In this document: positions 63,609 through 64,000 of the stretch, one piece after another
Layout: every line of letters starts with the position of its first letter
Position numbering within the stretch: position 1 is the first letter of the stretch
Assembly: GCA_029838195.1 (NCBI GenBank)
Contig: JALGVJ010000008.1
Location: 1-64,000, forward strand
Length of the DNA stretch: 64,000 nt
Reading direction: 5' to 3'
Source: Promethearchaeota archaeon
Lineage (GTDB): Archaea > Asgardarchaeota > Lokiarchaeia > Sigyniarchaeales > SOKP01
The notes under the pieces: generated by a model
The model's database searches: none
Told to the model about the DNA's origin: nothing
The model's input: only the letters and a program-made list of their open reading frames with translations
Made by a program: the position numbers and the translations under genes

Positions 63609-63695
63609 GAAGTGCCCAAGATTATTGAATTCGTGCCTAATATTCCCTTAACCGTTATTGGGAAAGTAGATAAAAAAGCCTTGAGAAATCTCTAA
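63609..63695 (+). pseudogene. 3' fragment of an AMP-forming acyl-CoA synthetase gene
   Basis: Reads EVPKIIEFVPNIPLTVIGKVDKKALRNL*, the conserved adenylate-forming C-terminal motif (compare YKCPKEIEIIEEIPKSLVGKVQRRQL in 36033-37802). Preceded in frame by TAA. Confidence 0.8.
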
Positions 63696-64000
63696 TTTTA
63701 ATTTTTTAATTCTACAACTCTTTTTTTTATATTAAATTAAATAGCACTAGCACGTGTTTGGTGATAGGGCAATTAGTTAGTTAAAAGTAATAAAAGTATA
63801 GTCTCTTTCTATGAAAGATAATAAATATCGGTGCTTTTCACTGAAAGTTTAACATCTTAAAGATTTTGATATTCAAGAAAAAAAAATCTTTTTAGAAGGC
63901 TTAAATTTAAAGGAAGTAACTATCATGTATATTTTATACCAATTCTTCTGATATTGGCATTTTACATGAAAAGAAATGGTTAAAAAGAGGAGAAGGGAAG

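Noticed and set aside
63700-64000. Possible gene start at the right edge
   Set aside because: No ORF or motif can be supported within the window.

Overview
AT-rich (roughly 30% GC by eye) prokaryotic chromosomal segment, most likely from an Asgard archaeon (Lokiarchaeia/Promethearchaeota-like). This is inferred from a stand-alone longin-like protein, a Rab-like small GTPase, HEAT and HEAT+LRR proteins, an expanded set of GPH-type MFS transporters and oligo-T 3' ends. Most genes serve heterotrophic catabolism: GH38 mannosidase, a LarA/UxaA/DapA-family cluster with an ECF transporter, PdxA-like, FucI/AraA-like, TIM-barrel isomerases, amidohydrolases, three UroD/MtaA-like proteins, acyl-CoA ligases, crotonase, 4-hydroxybutyryl-CoA dehydratase and a Re-citrate/homocitrate synthase. 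No rRNA, tRNA or CRISPR array was found. The most interesting signals are: (i) a 79-bp element present twice, identical, 28 kb apart, each just after an oligo-T gene end and carrying a REP/IS200-605-like hairpin (TTAG-AA-GCGAACTTTAGTTCGC); (ii) a variant Rab-like GTPase apparently co-transcribed with a TrmB-like regulator; (iii) a nickel-pincer racemase/dehydratase/aldolase/ECF acid-catabolism module; (iv) a MoxR-VWA pair whose VWA protein has five acidic helical repeats; (v) an SCP2-like ORF joined in frame to a UroD/MtaA-like ORF by a single TAG; (vi) strong over-representation of TCATGA; (vii) several gene-decay scars, including a back-to-back fusion of two gene 3' ends. All family calls come from motif recognition, not database searches.
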